A DNA stretch of 64,000 bases from Betaproteobacteria bacterium (GCA_005881895.1 VBCG01000050.1:31958-95957); one strand, 5' to 3'. Positions 1 to 9,745 are shown, counted from the first letter of the stretch. The notes: generated by a model from the sequence alone, not told the origin. Numbers and translations: made by a program.

Positions 1-407
1 ACCTTGACGCCGCGCCACTCCTTGGCGAGCTTGCCGTTCGAGTCGATCACGAACGTGCTGCGTTCGATTCCGCGGACTTTTTTGCCGTACATGTTTTTCA
101 TCTTGATGACGCCGAATTGACTGCAGAGTTTTTCTTCGGCGTCGGATAAAAGCTCGAAGGGGAACGCCATCTTCTCCTTGAAGCCCTCGTGCGACTTGAG
201 GGAATCGCGCGAGCAGCCGACGATCGTGGCGCCCAGTTTCTTGAATTGCGGATACAGGTCGCGAAATTGCGCGCCCTCGGTCGTGCAGCCCGGTGTGTTG
301 TCCTTCGGATAGAAATACAGTACCACCGGGTGTCCCTTGTGGGCCGACAGCTTGAACGATCCCTTGGTGGAATCGGCGGTGAAATCGGCGACTTTCTTAC
401 CTTCCAT
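1..407 (-). CDS. bcp: peroxiredoxin / thiol peroxidase Bcp; the C-terminal end runs off the window
   Basis: Manual minus-strand translation from ATG (complement 405-407) gives MEGKKVADFTADSTKGSFKLSAHKGHPVVLYFYPKDNTPGCTTEGAQFRDLYPQFKKLGATIVGCSRDS. YFYPKDNTPGCT is the AhpC/TSA-Bcp signature. GGAGGA lies just upstream. Absent from the ORF track because no stop falls inside the window. Confidence 0.9.
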   Translation of the reverse strand, partial: MEGKKVADFTADSTKGSFKLSAHKGHPVVLYFYPKDNTPGCTTEGAQFRDLYPQFKKLGATIVGCSRDSLKSHEGFKEKMAFPFELLSDAEEKLCSQFGVIKMKNMYGKKVRGIERSTFVIDSNGKLAKEWRGVK

Positions 408-437
408 CGTGTCCTCCTGAACTGGAATTCGGACCGG

Positions 438-1370
438 CTATGCGGCGTGCGCGAGGTCCGCTTCCGCAAGAAACTCGTCGCCCTGTGTCAAAAGCGTCCC
501 GCTTCGCCCGGGCACTATCCCCTGCGCGACTTCGCAGCGCGGGAGCGCCAACGGCTCGACGGCGTCGTACAACGCGCGAACCGGTGCGATCTGCCAGCCT
601 TGCGCTTTCCACCCGCTCAGCAGCTCCTCGAGCACCGGTGCAAGCCGCATGCCCTCGAGCTCGGCGTGCAAGGTAAACACGTGACCGGCAGCTGCAGGAT
701 CGCGCGTCAGCGTGAGCACGTGAGCCGCGACGTTCTCGACGCTCACCCCGTCGGTGCCGATCAGCTCGTCGAGCGTCGGCAACGTCGTCGGAAATTGCGG
801 ACAGCGGATCAGCTCCGCGCGCCATACCGGCAAATGCGGATAACGTCCGCGCCCATCCGAACAGTAGTCGAAGCCGAGCCGCTGCGTAAGGCGAAGCGCA
901 TGTGCGTTCATCTGCCATCCGGCAGCGCCATGCGTGCGCGGCGCCTCCTTGAAAATGTCGGTGTAGCGTTCGCAGGCAAGCGTCATCTGCTGTTGCGTCC
1001 AGCGAAGGTCGGCGCCCGCGACGCCATCTTGCCAACGCACGTGGTCATAGCAATGGATGCCGGTTTCGTGACCGGTGTCGCGCACCGCGCGCATGACGTC
1101 GCCAGCACGGCGCCCGATGTCGGGGCCGGGCAGGAGCGTGCCGTACAACAGCGTTCGCACGCCGTAGTGCTTGACGACGGACGTCCGTTGCACCTTTCCC
1201 ATGAATCCGCGGCGGAAGACGCGCTTGATCGCGCGGCCCGTGTGATCGGGACCGACCGAGAACAGGAACGTCGCGCAAACACCGTGCTTGCGGAAGAGCT
1301 CGATCAAGCCCGGAACGCCCTCACGCGTTCCGCGGAGCGTGTCGACGTCGACTTTCAGCCCGAGCTTCAC
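438..1370 (-). CDS. arnD: 4-deoxy-4-formamido-L-arabinose-phosphoundecaprenol deformylase (polysaccharide deacetylase family)
   Basis: 310-aa ORF starting MKLGLKVDVDTLRGTREGVPGLIELFRKHGV..FLFSVGPD. It matches the ArnD N-terminus and is the last gene of the arn operon. Confidence 0.9.
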   Translation of the reverse strand: MKLGLKVDVDTLRGTREGVPGLIELFRKHGVCATFLFSVGPDHTGRAIKRVFRRGFMGKVQRTSVVKHYGVRTLLYGTLLPGPDIGRRAGDVMRAVRDTGHETGIHCYDHVRWQDGVAGADLRWTQQQMTLACERYTDIFKEAPRTHGAAGWQMNAHALRLTQRLGFDYCSDGRGRYPHLPVWRAELIRCPQFPTTLPTLDELIGTDGVSVENVAAHVLTLTRDPAAAGHVFTLHAELEGMRLAPVLEELLSGWKAQGWQIAPVRALYDAVEPLALPRCEVAQGIVPGRSGTLLTQGDEFLAEADLAHAA

Positions 1371-1378
1371 GACTGGTT

Positions 1379-2422
1379 TCAGTCAACCAGCGCGCGCGCT
1401 TCGGCGACGTGCGAGCGATACGCGTCGAAAATTTGCAGCAACGCGTGATCCATCGCTACTTGCGGGTCCCAGTCGAGGTCGGCGCACGTGTTGGAAATCA
1501 ACGGCACGCGATTCTGGACATCTTGATAGCCTTTTCCGTAATACCCTTCCGCCGTCGTATCGATGAGCGAGACTTCCGCGGCGGTATCGCGATACTCGGG
1601 ATATCGTTTGGCGAGCTCCAGCATCATCGTCGCCAATTCCCTGACTGAAAAGTCGTTTGCCGGATTGCCGATGTTGTATATCTTCCCCGTCGCGATGCCG
1701 CGCGGATTTTCGATGATGCGCATCAGCGCGGCAATGCCGTCGTCGATGTAGGTGAACGTGCGCCGCTGCGTGCCGCCGTCGACGAGCTTGATCGCTTCGC
1801 CGCGAACGATGTGGCCGAGAAACTGCGTGATCACCCGCGAGCTGCCTTCCTTGGCCGTATTGATCGAATCGAGACCTGCGCCGATCCAATTGAACGGCCG
1901 GAACAACGTGTAATCGAGACCTTCGTGCGCGCCGTACGCGTGAATCACGCGATCCATCAGTTGCTTCGCGCACGCGTAGATCCAGCGCGGCTTGTTGATG
2001 GGTCCGAGCACTAGGTTCGACGATTCCGGATCGAATTCCGCGTCGTCGCACATGCCGTAGACCTCGGACGTCGAGGGAAAGATCAGCCGCTTTCGATAGC
2101 GTACCGCTGCTCTTACGATCGGGAGATTCGCCTCGAAGTCCAATTCGAACACGCGGAGCGGCTCGCGCACGTAGACGGCCGGCGTGGCAATCGCGACAAG
2201 CGGCAGAACGACGTCGCACTTTTTGACATGGTATTCGATCCACTCGCGGTTGATCGTAATATCGCCCTCGAAGAAATGGAAACGCTTCTCCGGCAACAGT
2301 GCGGTAATGCGATCGGTCTCGATGTCCATCCCGTGGATTTCCCAGTCGGTCGACGCAATGATTCGCCGCGACAGATGATGGCCGATGAAGCCGTTGACGC
2401 CGAGTATCAGGATGCGGTTCAT
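1379..2422 (-). CDS. arnA: UDP-glucuronate oxidative decarboxylase, equivalent to the ArnA C-terminal dehydrogenase domain, encoded as a separate gene
   Basis: The track ORF 1379-2722 contains an internal ATG at 2420-2422. From there it reads MNRILILGVNGFIGHHLSRRI (Rossmann GxxGxxG), an SDR/epimerase fold with ArnA-DH-like sequence through to the C-terminus. The upstream 100 codons look non-coding. Confidence 0.88.
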   Translation of the reverse strand: MNRILILGVNGFIGHHLSRRIIASTDWEIHGMDIETDRITALLPEKRFHFFEGDITINREWIEYHVKKCDVVLPLVAIATPAVYVREPLRVFELDFEANLPIVRAAVRYRKRLIFPSTSEVYGMCDDAEFDPESSNLVLGPINKPRWIYACAKQLMDRVIHAYGAHEGLDYTLFRPFNWIGAGLDSINTAKEGSSRVITQFLGHIVRGEAIKLVDGGTQRRTFTYIDDGIAALMRIIENPRGIATGKIYNIGNPANDFSVRELATMMLELAKRYPEYRDTAAEVSLIDTTAEGYYGKGYQDVQNRVPLISNTCADLDWDPQVAMDHALLQIFDAYRSHVAEARALVD

Positions 2423-2511
2423 TTTTCGTTCAAGCCGGCTGTGATGGCAGCGGTGGTGTGGATATGCTCGTCGATACGTCCGCGAAAAAAGTGCGACAAG
2501 GCGAGCGGCAG

Positions 2512-3084
2512 TTAGACGTAAATTGACGCGTGCGTGCTGTAGAAGGCAACGAGCATCGAGGCTAATGGCACGAGGGAAAGCACGCCGATGCGCGTTTTGA
2601 TCAACCGCACGACGGTTGGGTCCAATTCGGGCGAAGCGAGATACGTATGCCGGGACAGGTAGTCGAGGCTCAAGCAGCTCATGCCGTTGATCGACAGCAA
2701 TGCGAGGCCGTAGATCTCGCACGGCAGGACGAGGTCTTGGTTATCGCCGATAAGGTCGGTGGCAAACGGAAGAAAGCTGATCAGCAGCATATAGAGCAGA
2801 TTGATCCAGATCAGCGGCCGATCGGTGTAGCGGACGAAATGGAACTGGATGTGATGGCCGATCCAGTACATGGCGATCACCGCGAAGCTGATCGCGTAAA
2901 TGAGGAAATGGCGCTCGAGCGATATCAATCGCAGCCACAGGGCGTCGTCCGTCGGATACGTGATGTTTTCCGACAGCTTGATGTCAAGCACGAGGAGCGT
3001 CAGCGCGACGGCGAAGATGCCGTCGATCAGCGCTTCGAAACGACTTTTCTCGAATCCGCGCAGGCGCTGCGGCTCCGTATCCAT
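2512..3084 (-). CDS. DUF1211 / TMEM175-like membrane protein (putative K+ channel family)
   Basis: Internal ATG at 3082-3084 gives MDTEPQRLRGFEKSRFEALIDGIFAVALTLLVLD. This resembles the R-x-E-A-F-S-D-G-V-F-A-I signature of the family. About 5-6 hydrophobic helices follow. Confidence 0.7.
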   Translation of the reverse strand: MDTEPQRLRGFEKSRFEALIDGIFAVALTLLVLDIKLSENITYPTDDALWLRLISLERHFLIYAISFAVIAMYWIGHHIQFHFVRYTDRPLIWINLLYMLLISFLPFATDLIGDNQDLVLPCEIYGLALLSINGMSCLSLDYLSRHTYLASPELDPTVVRLIKTRIGVLSLVPLASMLVAFYSTHASIYV

Positions 3085-3091
3085 CGTCACC

Positions 3092-4027
3092 TCATCGTCC
3101 GAGCGGCACGGGTGTGCATCCGAACCGTGCCAGCACACCGGCGGCATCGATCGGAGCGCCGTCGATTTCCAACGCGCAAACCGCCAGGGTTCCACCCCCG
3201 CCGCAGCGGACGATGATTCGACCGTCACCCACGTGGAGCACGGGCTCGCCCGCAGCAATTGACGAATTGTCGATGACGCGCGTCGTCAATATTCTCGCCG
3301 GCGCGCCGGCGATCGTCGTGATGGCGCCCGGATACGGTGGCGCGACCGCGCGTACGAGATCGTGGATCTGTTGCGCGGAACGCGACCAGTCGATGCGGCC
3401 GTCCTCCGGAGTCCGGCCGCCGAAATACGATCCCTGTGCGAGATCCTGCACGAACCGTGGACCCGCTCCAGCAATCAGCGCCGGCAACGCGGCGTCGAGC
3501 GCGATTTCTGCGGCAACTGCGACTTTGCGCAGCACATCGGCTGCCGTATCGTCGGGCAGAATCGGAACGGCTTGCTGCGCGACGATGTCGCCCGCGTCCG
3601 GCTTGTCCGTCATGTAGTGCAACGTCGCGCCGGTGTGGCGTTCGCCGTGGAGGACCGCCCAGTTCACTGGCGCGCGCCCGCGATACTTCGGCAGAAGCGA
3701 CCCGTGCATGTTCAACGCGCCACGCCGCGGCAGTGCGAGCAGCGCGGGCGTCAACATCGAGCGATAGTAAAAGCTGAACAGAAAATCCGGCGCGCTCGCT
3801 GCGATGCGGGCGACGACATCGTCTGCGTTCGGATCGGACGGCGCGATGGCGGGCAGCTCGTTCTTTGCCGCGACATCGGCGACGCGCTCGAACCAGATAT
3901 TCTCGCGCGGATCGTCGGCGTGCGTCACCACCAGCGGCACATGGATTCCGTGTGCCAGCAGCACACGCAAGCAGCGCGCTCCCACGTCATGGTACGCGAA
4001 CACGACGGCGGAGCTTCTGTTGCTCAA
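3092..4027 (-). CDS. arnA: UDP-4-amino-4-deoxy-L-arabinose formyltransferase, equivalent to the ArnA N-terminal domain, encoded as a separate gene
   Basis: 311 aa with the formyltransferase motifs NMHGSLLPKYRGRAPVNWAV and ATLHYM..PDAGDIV. Its start overlaps the arnC stop by 4 nt. Confidence 0.9.
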   Translation of the reverse strand: MSNRSSAVVFAYHDVGARCLRVLLAHGIHVPLVVTHADDPRENIWFERVADVAAKNELPAIAPSDPNADDVVARIAASAPDFLFSFYYRSMLTPALLALPRRGALNMHGSLLPKYRGRAPVNWAVLHGERHTGATLHYMTDKPDAGDIVAQQAVPILPDDTAADVLRKVAVAAEIALDAALPALIAGAGPRFVQDLAQGSYFGGRTPEDGRIDWSRSAQQIHDLVRAVAPPYPGAITTIAGAPARILTTRVIDNSSIAAGEPVLHVGDGRIIVRCGGGGTLAVCALEIDGAPIDAAGVLARFGCTPVPLGR

Positions 4028-5001
4028 ACCCGGCTCGCGACCTTGGCTTGGGTCTCAGGCTCGCGTTCGAGTATCGCGGCGACCGTATAACGCGGCCGCG
4101 CGCGCACCTGCTGATAGATGCGGCCAACATATTCGCCGACCAGACCGAGTCCGAACAGCAGCATGCCGACCAGGAAGAACGCGAGGATGTCGCGATCCCA
4201 CAGCGTGGCGAATCCCTCGCGCCAACCGCTGATGATGAGCCGCTCAATGATCACGATCAGATACGTCAACAACGAACCGGCGGATACGACCATGCCGAAC
4301 ATCGAAAAGAGCTGCAATGGAACCAGCGAAAAGCCGGTCACGAGGTCGAAGTTGAGGCGGATCAGGCGGTAGAGCGAGTACTTCGACTCGCCTGCAACCC
4401 GTTCCGCGTGCGCAACCTCGACTTCGGTCGGATGGTTGGCAAAGGTATAAGCGAGCGCAGGAATGAACGTGCTGACCTCGCGGCTTGCCGCGACGGCATC
4501 GACGATGCTGCGGTCGTACGCACGCAGCATGCACCCCTGGTCGGTCATCCGGATTTTCGTAATGTCTTCGCGCAATCGATTCATCAAGCGTGACGCGGTG
4601 CGCCGCCACCAGCTGTCTTCGCGTTGTTTGCGCACGCCGCCCACGTAATCGGCGCCGCCGTCCATCGCCGCGAGCAGCTTGCCGATCTCCTCGGGAGGAT
4701 TTTGCAGGTCTGCGTCGAGCGTGACGATCCGTTCGCCGCGAACGCGCTCGAAGCCGGCGATGATCGCCAGATGCTGCCCGTAGTTGGCGTTGAAGAGTAC
4801 GACCCGCGTCACGTCAGGCCGTGCTTGGAATTGATCCTTCAGCAGCGCCGCGGAGCGATCGCGGCTGCCGTCGTTCACGAAGATCACCTCGTACGGCACG
4901 GCGAGCGCGTCGAGCGCCGGATAAAGTCGCGCGAACAGCGCCGGCAGACCCGCCTCCTCGTTGTAGACGGGTACCACCACCGAAAGGTAAGGTGTCCTCA
5001 T
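4024..5001 (-). CDS. arnC: undecaprenyl-phosphate 4-deoxy-4-formamido-L-arabinose transferase (GT2)
   Basis: 325 aa. Contains VVVPVYNEE...DGSRD...LDADLQNPPEEI...ESKYS and a C-terminal GEYVGRIY..VRARPRY motif, as in ArnC. Confidence 0.92.
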   Translation of the reverse strand: MRTPYLSVVVPVYNEEAGLPALFARLYPALDALAVPYEVIFVNDGSRDRSAALLKDQFQARPDVTRVVLFNANYGQHLAIIAGFERVRGERIVTLDADLQNPPEEIGKLLAAMDGGADYVGGVRKQREDSWWRRTASRLMNRLREDITKIRMTDQGCMLRAYDRSIVDAVAASREVSTFIPALAYTFANHPTEVEVAHAERVAGESKYSLYRLIRLNFDLVTGFSLVPLQLFSMFGMVVSAGSLLTYLIVIIERLIISGWREGFATLWDRDILAFFLVGMLLFGLGLVGEYVGRIYQQVRARPRYTVAAILEREPETQAKVASRV

Positions 5002-6140
5002 CGTTTATGCCGGGCGATGAAATCGGTGCACGCGGCGCAAACGCGATCGACGTCGGCGTCGGTCATCGCGGCGTGCAGCGGCAGCGTCACGGTCGAGTCG
5101 GAGATCCGTTCGGTGTTCGGCAGATCGCCGCGATGATAGCCGAAGCGCCGACCCAGCGTAGACAGGTGCAGCGCTTCGTACGACACGCCGGTCATGATGC
5201 CTTCCGCGGCGAGCGCATCGCGAAATGCCTTCCGATCGAGTGTGAGGTCGGCAATCGGCAGCAGCACGGAAAACATGTTCCACGATTGCCCATCGTTCGC
5301 GCCCGGCGGCGGCGGCGGCAACACGCACGCGGGATCGGTCGAAAAGCGCGCGAAGTAACGGTCGACGAGCGCGCGGCGCCGGCAGAGGAATTCCGGCAGA
5401 CGCGCGAGCTGCGCGAGTCCGATCCGCGCATTCACATCGGGCAGGTTGAATTTGCCGCCGGGAAAGGCGACGTCCCGCGTCCCATCGGGAAGGCGCTCGA
5501 TGCCGTGAAACCGCAGCGCTTCGATGCGCCTGGCTTCCGCCGCGTCGTTGACGACCAACGCGCCGCCCTCGATCGACGTGATGTTCTTGTTCGGATGAAA
5601 GCTGAACGTGACGAGATCCCCGAACGCGCCGACATTGCGGCCTTTCCACTGCGAGCCGATGACCAGCGCGGCGTCCTCGATCACGCGAATGCCGCGCCGG
5701 CGTGCCAGCTCGTGCAGCGCATCCATATCGACGAGCGAGCCCGGCCAATGTGTCGGCATGATCGCGCGCGTACGCGGGCCGATGCGCGCTTCCACTTGCG
5801 CGAGGTCGATGTTGCGCGTGACGAGATCGCAATCGACGAAGACCGGCGTCGCGCCGACCTTGACGATCATGTTGAGGACGGTGAAAAAGCTCTGCGCGCA
5901 CGTGATGACTTCATCGCCGGGTCCGATTTCGGCGAGCTGCAGCGCGACTTCGACGGCGGCGGTCGCGGAGTTCAGGACCCGAACCGGCCGGCCATCGCAG
6001 AATCGCGAGAGCTCGCGCTCGAACGCGTCGACCCAAGGCCCGCTGGTGATGTGGCCCGAGCGCAAAACTTGGGCGACGTCGGCGATCGTCTCCTCGTCGA
6101 GCAGCGGACTGGCGAATTTGAGGGGCGGCACGCTGGGCAT
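4998..6140 (-). CDS. arnB: UDP-4-amino-4-deoxy-L-arabinose--oxoglutarate aminotransferase (DegT/DnrJ/EryC1 family)
   Basis: 380 aa in the DegT family (FSFHPNKNITSIEGGAL carries the PLP-lysine context). Position within the arn operon supports the call. Confidence 0.9.
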   Translation of the reverse strand: MPSVPPLKFASPLLDEETIADVAQVLRSGHITSGPWVDAFERELSRFCDGRPVRVLNSATAAVEVALQLAEIGPGDEVITCAQSFFTVLNMIVKVGATPVFVDCDLVTRNIDLAQVEARIGPRTRAIMPTHWPGSLVDMDALHELARRRGIRVIEDAALVIGSQWKGRNVGAFGDLVTFSFHPNKNITSIEGGALVVNDAAEARRIEALRFHGIERLPDGTRDVAFPGGKFNLPDVNARIGLAQLARLPEFLCRRRALVDRYFARFSTDPACVLPPPPPGANDGQSWNMFSVLLPIADLTLDRKAFRDALAAEGIMTGVSYEALHLSTLGRRFGYHRGDLPNTERISDSTVTLPLHAAMTDADVDRVCAACTDFIARHKR

Positions 6141-6148
6141 TCAATCGC

Positions 6149-6520
6149 CTAGGTTCGCGCAACGAGCCATACGCCGACGATGATGAAGCCGATCCCGAGC
6201 CAACGGGCCAGCGTGACGTCTTCGCCTAACAGGTAGTGCGCCGCGATCGCGTTGATCACGTAGCCGAGCGACAGCATCGGGTACGCCATCGATACCGGCA
6301 CGCGCGAAAGGCCGATGATCCACACGATCACGCTCGCGCCATAGAACGCAATACCGGTGATGAAATGGCCCTCCGTCGCCATCTGGGAGAGCGTTTCAGT
6401 CCAGTTATCGCGCGTCAGCGTGATGACGCCGAGTACATTGGTGCCCGCCTTCAGGAGAAGCTGCGCTGCGGCGTTCAGCAGCACCCCTGTCATCAGAAAC
6501 GCGAAGGCGGTCCAGGTCAC
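6149..6520 (-). CDS. arnE: SMR/EamA-like 4-amino-4-deoxy-L-arabinose-phosphoundecaprenol flippase subunit (ArnE/ArnF-like); only one such gene is present
   Basis: Four-helix small membrane protein. I place the start at GTG (complement 6518-6520), which overlaps the arnT stop as GTGA and completes TM1. The alternative ATG is at 6493. Confidence 0.75.
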   Translation of the reverse strand: MTWTAFAFLMTGVLLNAAAQLLLKAGTNVLGVITLTRDNWTETLSQMATEGHFITGIAFYGASVIVWIIGLSRVPVSMAYPMLSLGYVINAIAAHYLLGEDVTLARWLGIGFIIVGVWLVART

Positions 6521-8238
6521 TGGCGTGCAACCAGAACGCGCCGCGGATCGCGCACGACGACACGCAGCGGCACGCCGGTCCGCGCCAGCTTGTCGAATGT
6601 ATCGGGCGTCATCAGCGCGTAGGCCTGCGGCGCTGCACGCCAGCGCGCTTCCCAATCGGTGAGCTTGGCGATCCCGCGGTCGGGTTCCGCGTCAAGTCCG
6701 AGCGCGAGCTCGTCGCGATAGTTCACCAGCGTCGTCGTGCGCCTCAAATAGAACGGCAGCGTCTGATCGTACATTTCCACCTGATAGAAGGGTGCGCTTG
6801 GATCGTACGGCGGCGTCGAGCCCTCGAGCGCCTTCACAACGTCGGCGGCGGATCGTGTCGTGCGAAAGACATCATCGCCGACAAACGCGAGCTGCGTGGC
6901 GAACAAAGTCGCCAGCGTCACGATGACGATGCCCACGGTGCGCCCGGCCGCGGAGTCGCGCGCAAATGCGAAGAGCGCCGCAACGCCGCCGACGATTGCC
7001 ACGACAAGCGCTGCGATGAGCCACGGCTCGAACTGACGATAGATCGACAGCGGCGTGCGCGCATCAGCAAGCCTTGCCGCAATCGCGTTGTAGCCCAGCA
7101 GCATGCCAACCAGCGCGACCGCCGCCGTTGCGGCAGCGACCATCGTCCATTTGTACAAGACCGGTTGTGGCAGGCGTTCGAGTTGCCATGCGATGAGGAG
7201 TGCCGCAGCGGGAAACAACGGCAGGATATACGAAGGCAGCTTCGACCCCGATACGCTGAAGAAGCAGAAGACGAACGCGATCCACGCAAGACAAAAGCGA
7301 AGCCACGAGAATCCGGCGCTCGTGTGCGGCGCATCGCGCCACGAGCGCCATGCCGTCGACAGGAAGACGCCGGTCCACGGGATCAGCCCGACGAGCAATA
7401 GCGGCACGAAATACCATATCGCACCGGTGCGCCGGTGCTCGGACGTCAAATAGCGGTCGAGGTGCTCGTGGATGAAAAAGAAGCGCGCGAATTCCGGGTT
7501 CTCGAGCGAGACGGCCATGAACCAAGGTGCCGACAGCGCGAGAAACACGGCGAGTCCGGCCGCGAGATGGAGCCGCTTCCAGACGGCGAAATCACGCGTC
7601 GTGAGTGAATAAAGCGCCAGCGCCCCGCCGGGGATCGCAGCGGCAACGGGGCCCTTCACCAGCGTTGCGCCGGCGACGGCCGCCCAGGCGAGCAGCATCC
7701 AGCGCCGCTCGTCGCGCGGATTTTCGACGCCGCACTGCGCGATCAGAAAGGCTGCCAACGCCGCCCCGAGCCATGCGGTGAGCAACGCATCGAGCGTCAC
7801 GATATGGGCGATGCCGATTGGCCACAGCATGCCGCCGAAGGCGAGCGCGGCATACGCGCCGCCGGTAGGGGATGCAATCCGCTTGCCCGCGTAACCGATC
7901 GCCAATAACGCGAGCACCGTGGCGAGCGCAGGCGCGAGACGCGCCGTCCACTCATCGATACCGAAAGCGCTAAACGCCGCGGCGGTAACCCAATACTGCA
8001 GTGGCGGCTTCTCGAAATACTTGAGACCATCGAGTCGCGGCGTCACCCAATCGCCGGTGGCGACCATCTCGCGCGCGATCTCGGCGTAGCGGCCTTCGTC
8101 GGGATGCTGCAGCTTGCGTACGTCGAGTGTCGCGAACCACGCCGCGGCAAATACGACGCTGATCGCAATCCAGGCGGTGCGGGGAAGTCCGGCGAGCATT
8201 GTCGGAGGAAGACGGCGTGCGACGCGAGACCGCCGCAA
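6517..8238 (-). CDS. arnT: undecaprenyl phosphate-alpha-4-amino-4-deoxy-L-arabinose arabinosyl transferase (GT39/GT83-like)
   Basis: 573 aa and polytopic. Contains HPDEGRYAEIAREM..YFEKPPLQYW, a motif typical of ArnT/PMT-like glycosyltransferases. The start could instead be Met14 (8199). Confidence 0.88.
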   Translation of the reverse strand: MRRSRVARRLPPTMLAGLPRTAWIAISVVFAAAWFATLDVRKLQHPDEGRYAEIAREMVATGDWVTPRLDGLKYFEKPPLQYWVTAAAFSAFGIDEWTARLAPALATVLALLAIGYAGKRIASPTGGAYAALAFGGMLWPIGIAHIVTLDALLTAWLGAALAAFLIAQCGVENPRDERRWMLLAWAAVAGATLVKGPVAAAIPGGALALYSLTTRDFAVWKRLHLAAGLAVFLALSAPWFMAVSLENPEFARFFFIHEHLDRYLTSEHRRTGAIWYFVPLLLVGLIPWTGVFLSTAWRSWRDAPHTSAGFSWLRFCLAWIAFVFCFFSVSGSKLPSYILPLFPAAALLIAWQLERLPQPVLYKWTMVAAATAAVALVGMLLGYNAIAARLADARTPLSIYRQFEPWLIAALVVAIVGGVAALFAFARDSAAGRTVGIVIVTLATLFATQLAFVGDDVFRTTRSAADVVKALEGSTPPYDPSAPFYQVEMYDQTLPFYLRRTTTLVNYRDELALGLDAEPDRGIAKLTDWEARWRAAPQAYALMTPDTFDKLARTGVPLRVVVRDPRRVLVARQ

Positions 8239-8311
8239 CGGGCGCGCATTCTACCGTGCCGGCGCTTGCGGCCTCGTCATGATTACCGCTACCATTGATC
8301 GATGAGTTCCT

Positions 8312-8341
8312 GCCGCCGTTGCTCTCGCTCGGCGGCTTTTT
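8312..8341 (+). promoter_or_regulatory. terminator-like hairpin plus T5 run, 12 nt upstream of the cysS ATG
   Basis: GCCGCCG (8312-8318) pairs with CGGCGGC (8330-8336) across an 11-nt loop, followed by TTTTT (8337-8341). No upstream + strand gene exists for it to terminate. Confidence 0.2.
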
Positions 8342-8353
8342 CATACCTCGAAC

Positions 8354-9745
8354 ATGCCGGTCCCACTCACGCTCTACGATAACTATGCCCGCGCGCTGCG
8401 GCCCTTCGTGCCGCTAAAGCCGGGCGGCGATGTCGGTCTGTACACCTGCGGCCCCACCGTCTACGACTACCAGCACATCGGCAACTACCGGACGTTTCTG
8501 TTCGAGGACACGCTCCGGCGCGTGCTCGAATGGAACGGCTACCGCGTCAAGCATGTAATGAACGTGACCGACGTCGGCCATCTGACCTCCGATGCCGACA
8601 CCGGCGAGGACAAGATGGAGAAGGGCGCGCGCCGCACCGGCAAATCGGCGTGGGAAATCGCGCAGATGTACACCGATGCTTTTCTTGCCGATCTCAAGCT
8701 CCTCAATATCGAAGATCCAACGATCCTCTGCCGTGCGACCGACCACATCGCGCAGCAGATTGCGTTCATCGCCGACCTCGAGAAGAAAGGATTCACGTAC
8801 CGAACGTCCGATGGCATCTACTTCGACACCAGCACGCAAGCCGATTACGGCTATCTCGCGCGGCTCGACGTCAAGGGGCTCGAAGCAGGCAAGCGCGTCG
8901 ACATCGCGGAGAAGCGCCATCCGACCGACTTCGCGCTGTGGAAAATTTCTCCGCCCGGCGAAAAGCGGCAGATGGAATGGGACAGTCCATGGGGACGCGG
9001 GTTTCCCGGTTGGCATATCGAATGCTCTGCGATGGCGCAGCTCTATCTCGGCGATTTTTTCGATATCCATTGCGGCGGCGAAGACCACATCCCGGTTCAC
9101 CACACGAACGAGATTGCGCAAACCGAGGCGCGCGTCGGCACGCACCTCGCGAATTTCTGGCTGCACGGATACTTTCTGCTGCTGAACGACGCGAAAATGG
9201 CGAAGTCCGCGGGCGAATTCCTGCGGCTGCAATCATTGATCGATCGCGGTTACGATCCGCTCGCGTATCGCTATTTGTGCCTGACCGGGCACTATCGGAG
9301 CCAGCTCAACTTCACCTGGGACGCGCTCGACGCCGCGGCGACGGGACTCGCGCGAATGCGACAACTGTTTTTCGCGCTAGCAATTGATCCAAACGCGAAA
9401 CCGGACGAGCTATACGTCGAGCGCTTCACTGATTGCGTCAACGACGATCTCAACGTTCCGCGCGCACTGGCGGTCGCGTGGGAAGCGCTGCGCGGCGATC
9501 TACTGCCGGCGCAAAAGCGCGTGACGCTGGCGTCGTTCGATCGCGTGTTCGGACTCGCGCTCGAGCGTTGGACGCCCCGCGAAGAGTCAATACCCGACCA
9601 AGTGAAAGCGCTCGCGGATGCGCGCGCCACGGCTCGAAAAGCGAAGAACTGGGCCGAAGCGGATCGGCTGCGCGACGCGCTGCACGCCGCTGGTTGGGAA
9701 ATGGAAGATCGGCCGGACGGGTATTCGCTCAAGCGCAAGAGTTAG
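8354..9745 (+). CDS. cysS: cysteine--tRNA ligase
   Basis: 463 aa with class I aaRS motifs: HIGN (LYTCGPTVYDYQHIGNYRTF), WHIECSAM and KMAKS. Confidence 0.95.
   Translation: MPVPLTLYDNYARALRPFVPLKPGGDVGLYTCGPTVYDYQHIGNYRTFLFEDTLRRVLEWNGYRVKHVMNVTDVGHLTSDADTGEDKMEKGARRTGKSAWEIAQMYTDAFLADLKLLNIEDPTILCRATDHIAQQIAFIADLEKKGFTYRTSDGIYFDTSTQADYGYLARLDVKGLEAGKRVDIAEKRHPTDFALWKISPPGEKRQMEWDSPWGRGFPGWHIECSAMAQLYLGDFFDIHCGGEDHIPVHHTNEIAQTEARVGTHLANFWLHGYFLLLNDAKMAKSAGEFLRLQSLIDRGYDPLAYRYLCLTGHYRSQLNFTWDALDAAATGLARMRQLFFALAIDPNAKPDELYVERFTDCVNDDLNVPRALAVAWEALRGDLLPAQKRVTLASFDRVFGLALERWTPREESIPDQVKALADARATARKAKNWAEADRLRDALHAAGWEMEDRPDGYSLKRKS

Noticed and set aside
1379-4027. Split arnA interpreted as a disrupted gene
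   Set aside because: Both halves are complete, have their own starts, and each keeps its motifs. Separate formyltransferase and decarboxylase genes are the normal state in Burkholderia-type arn operons.
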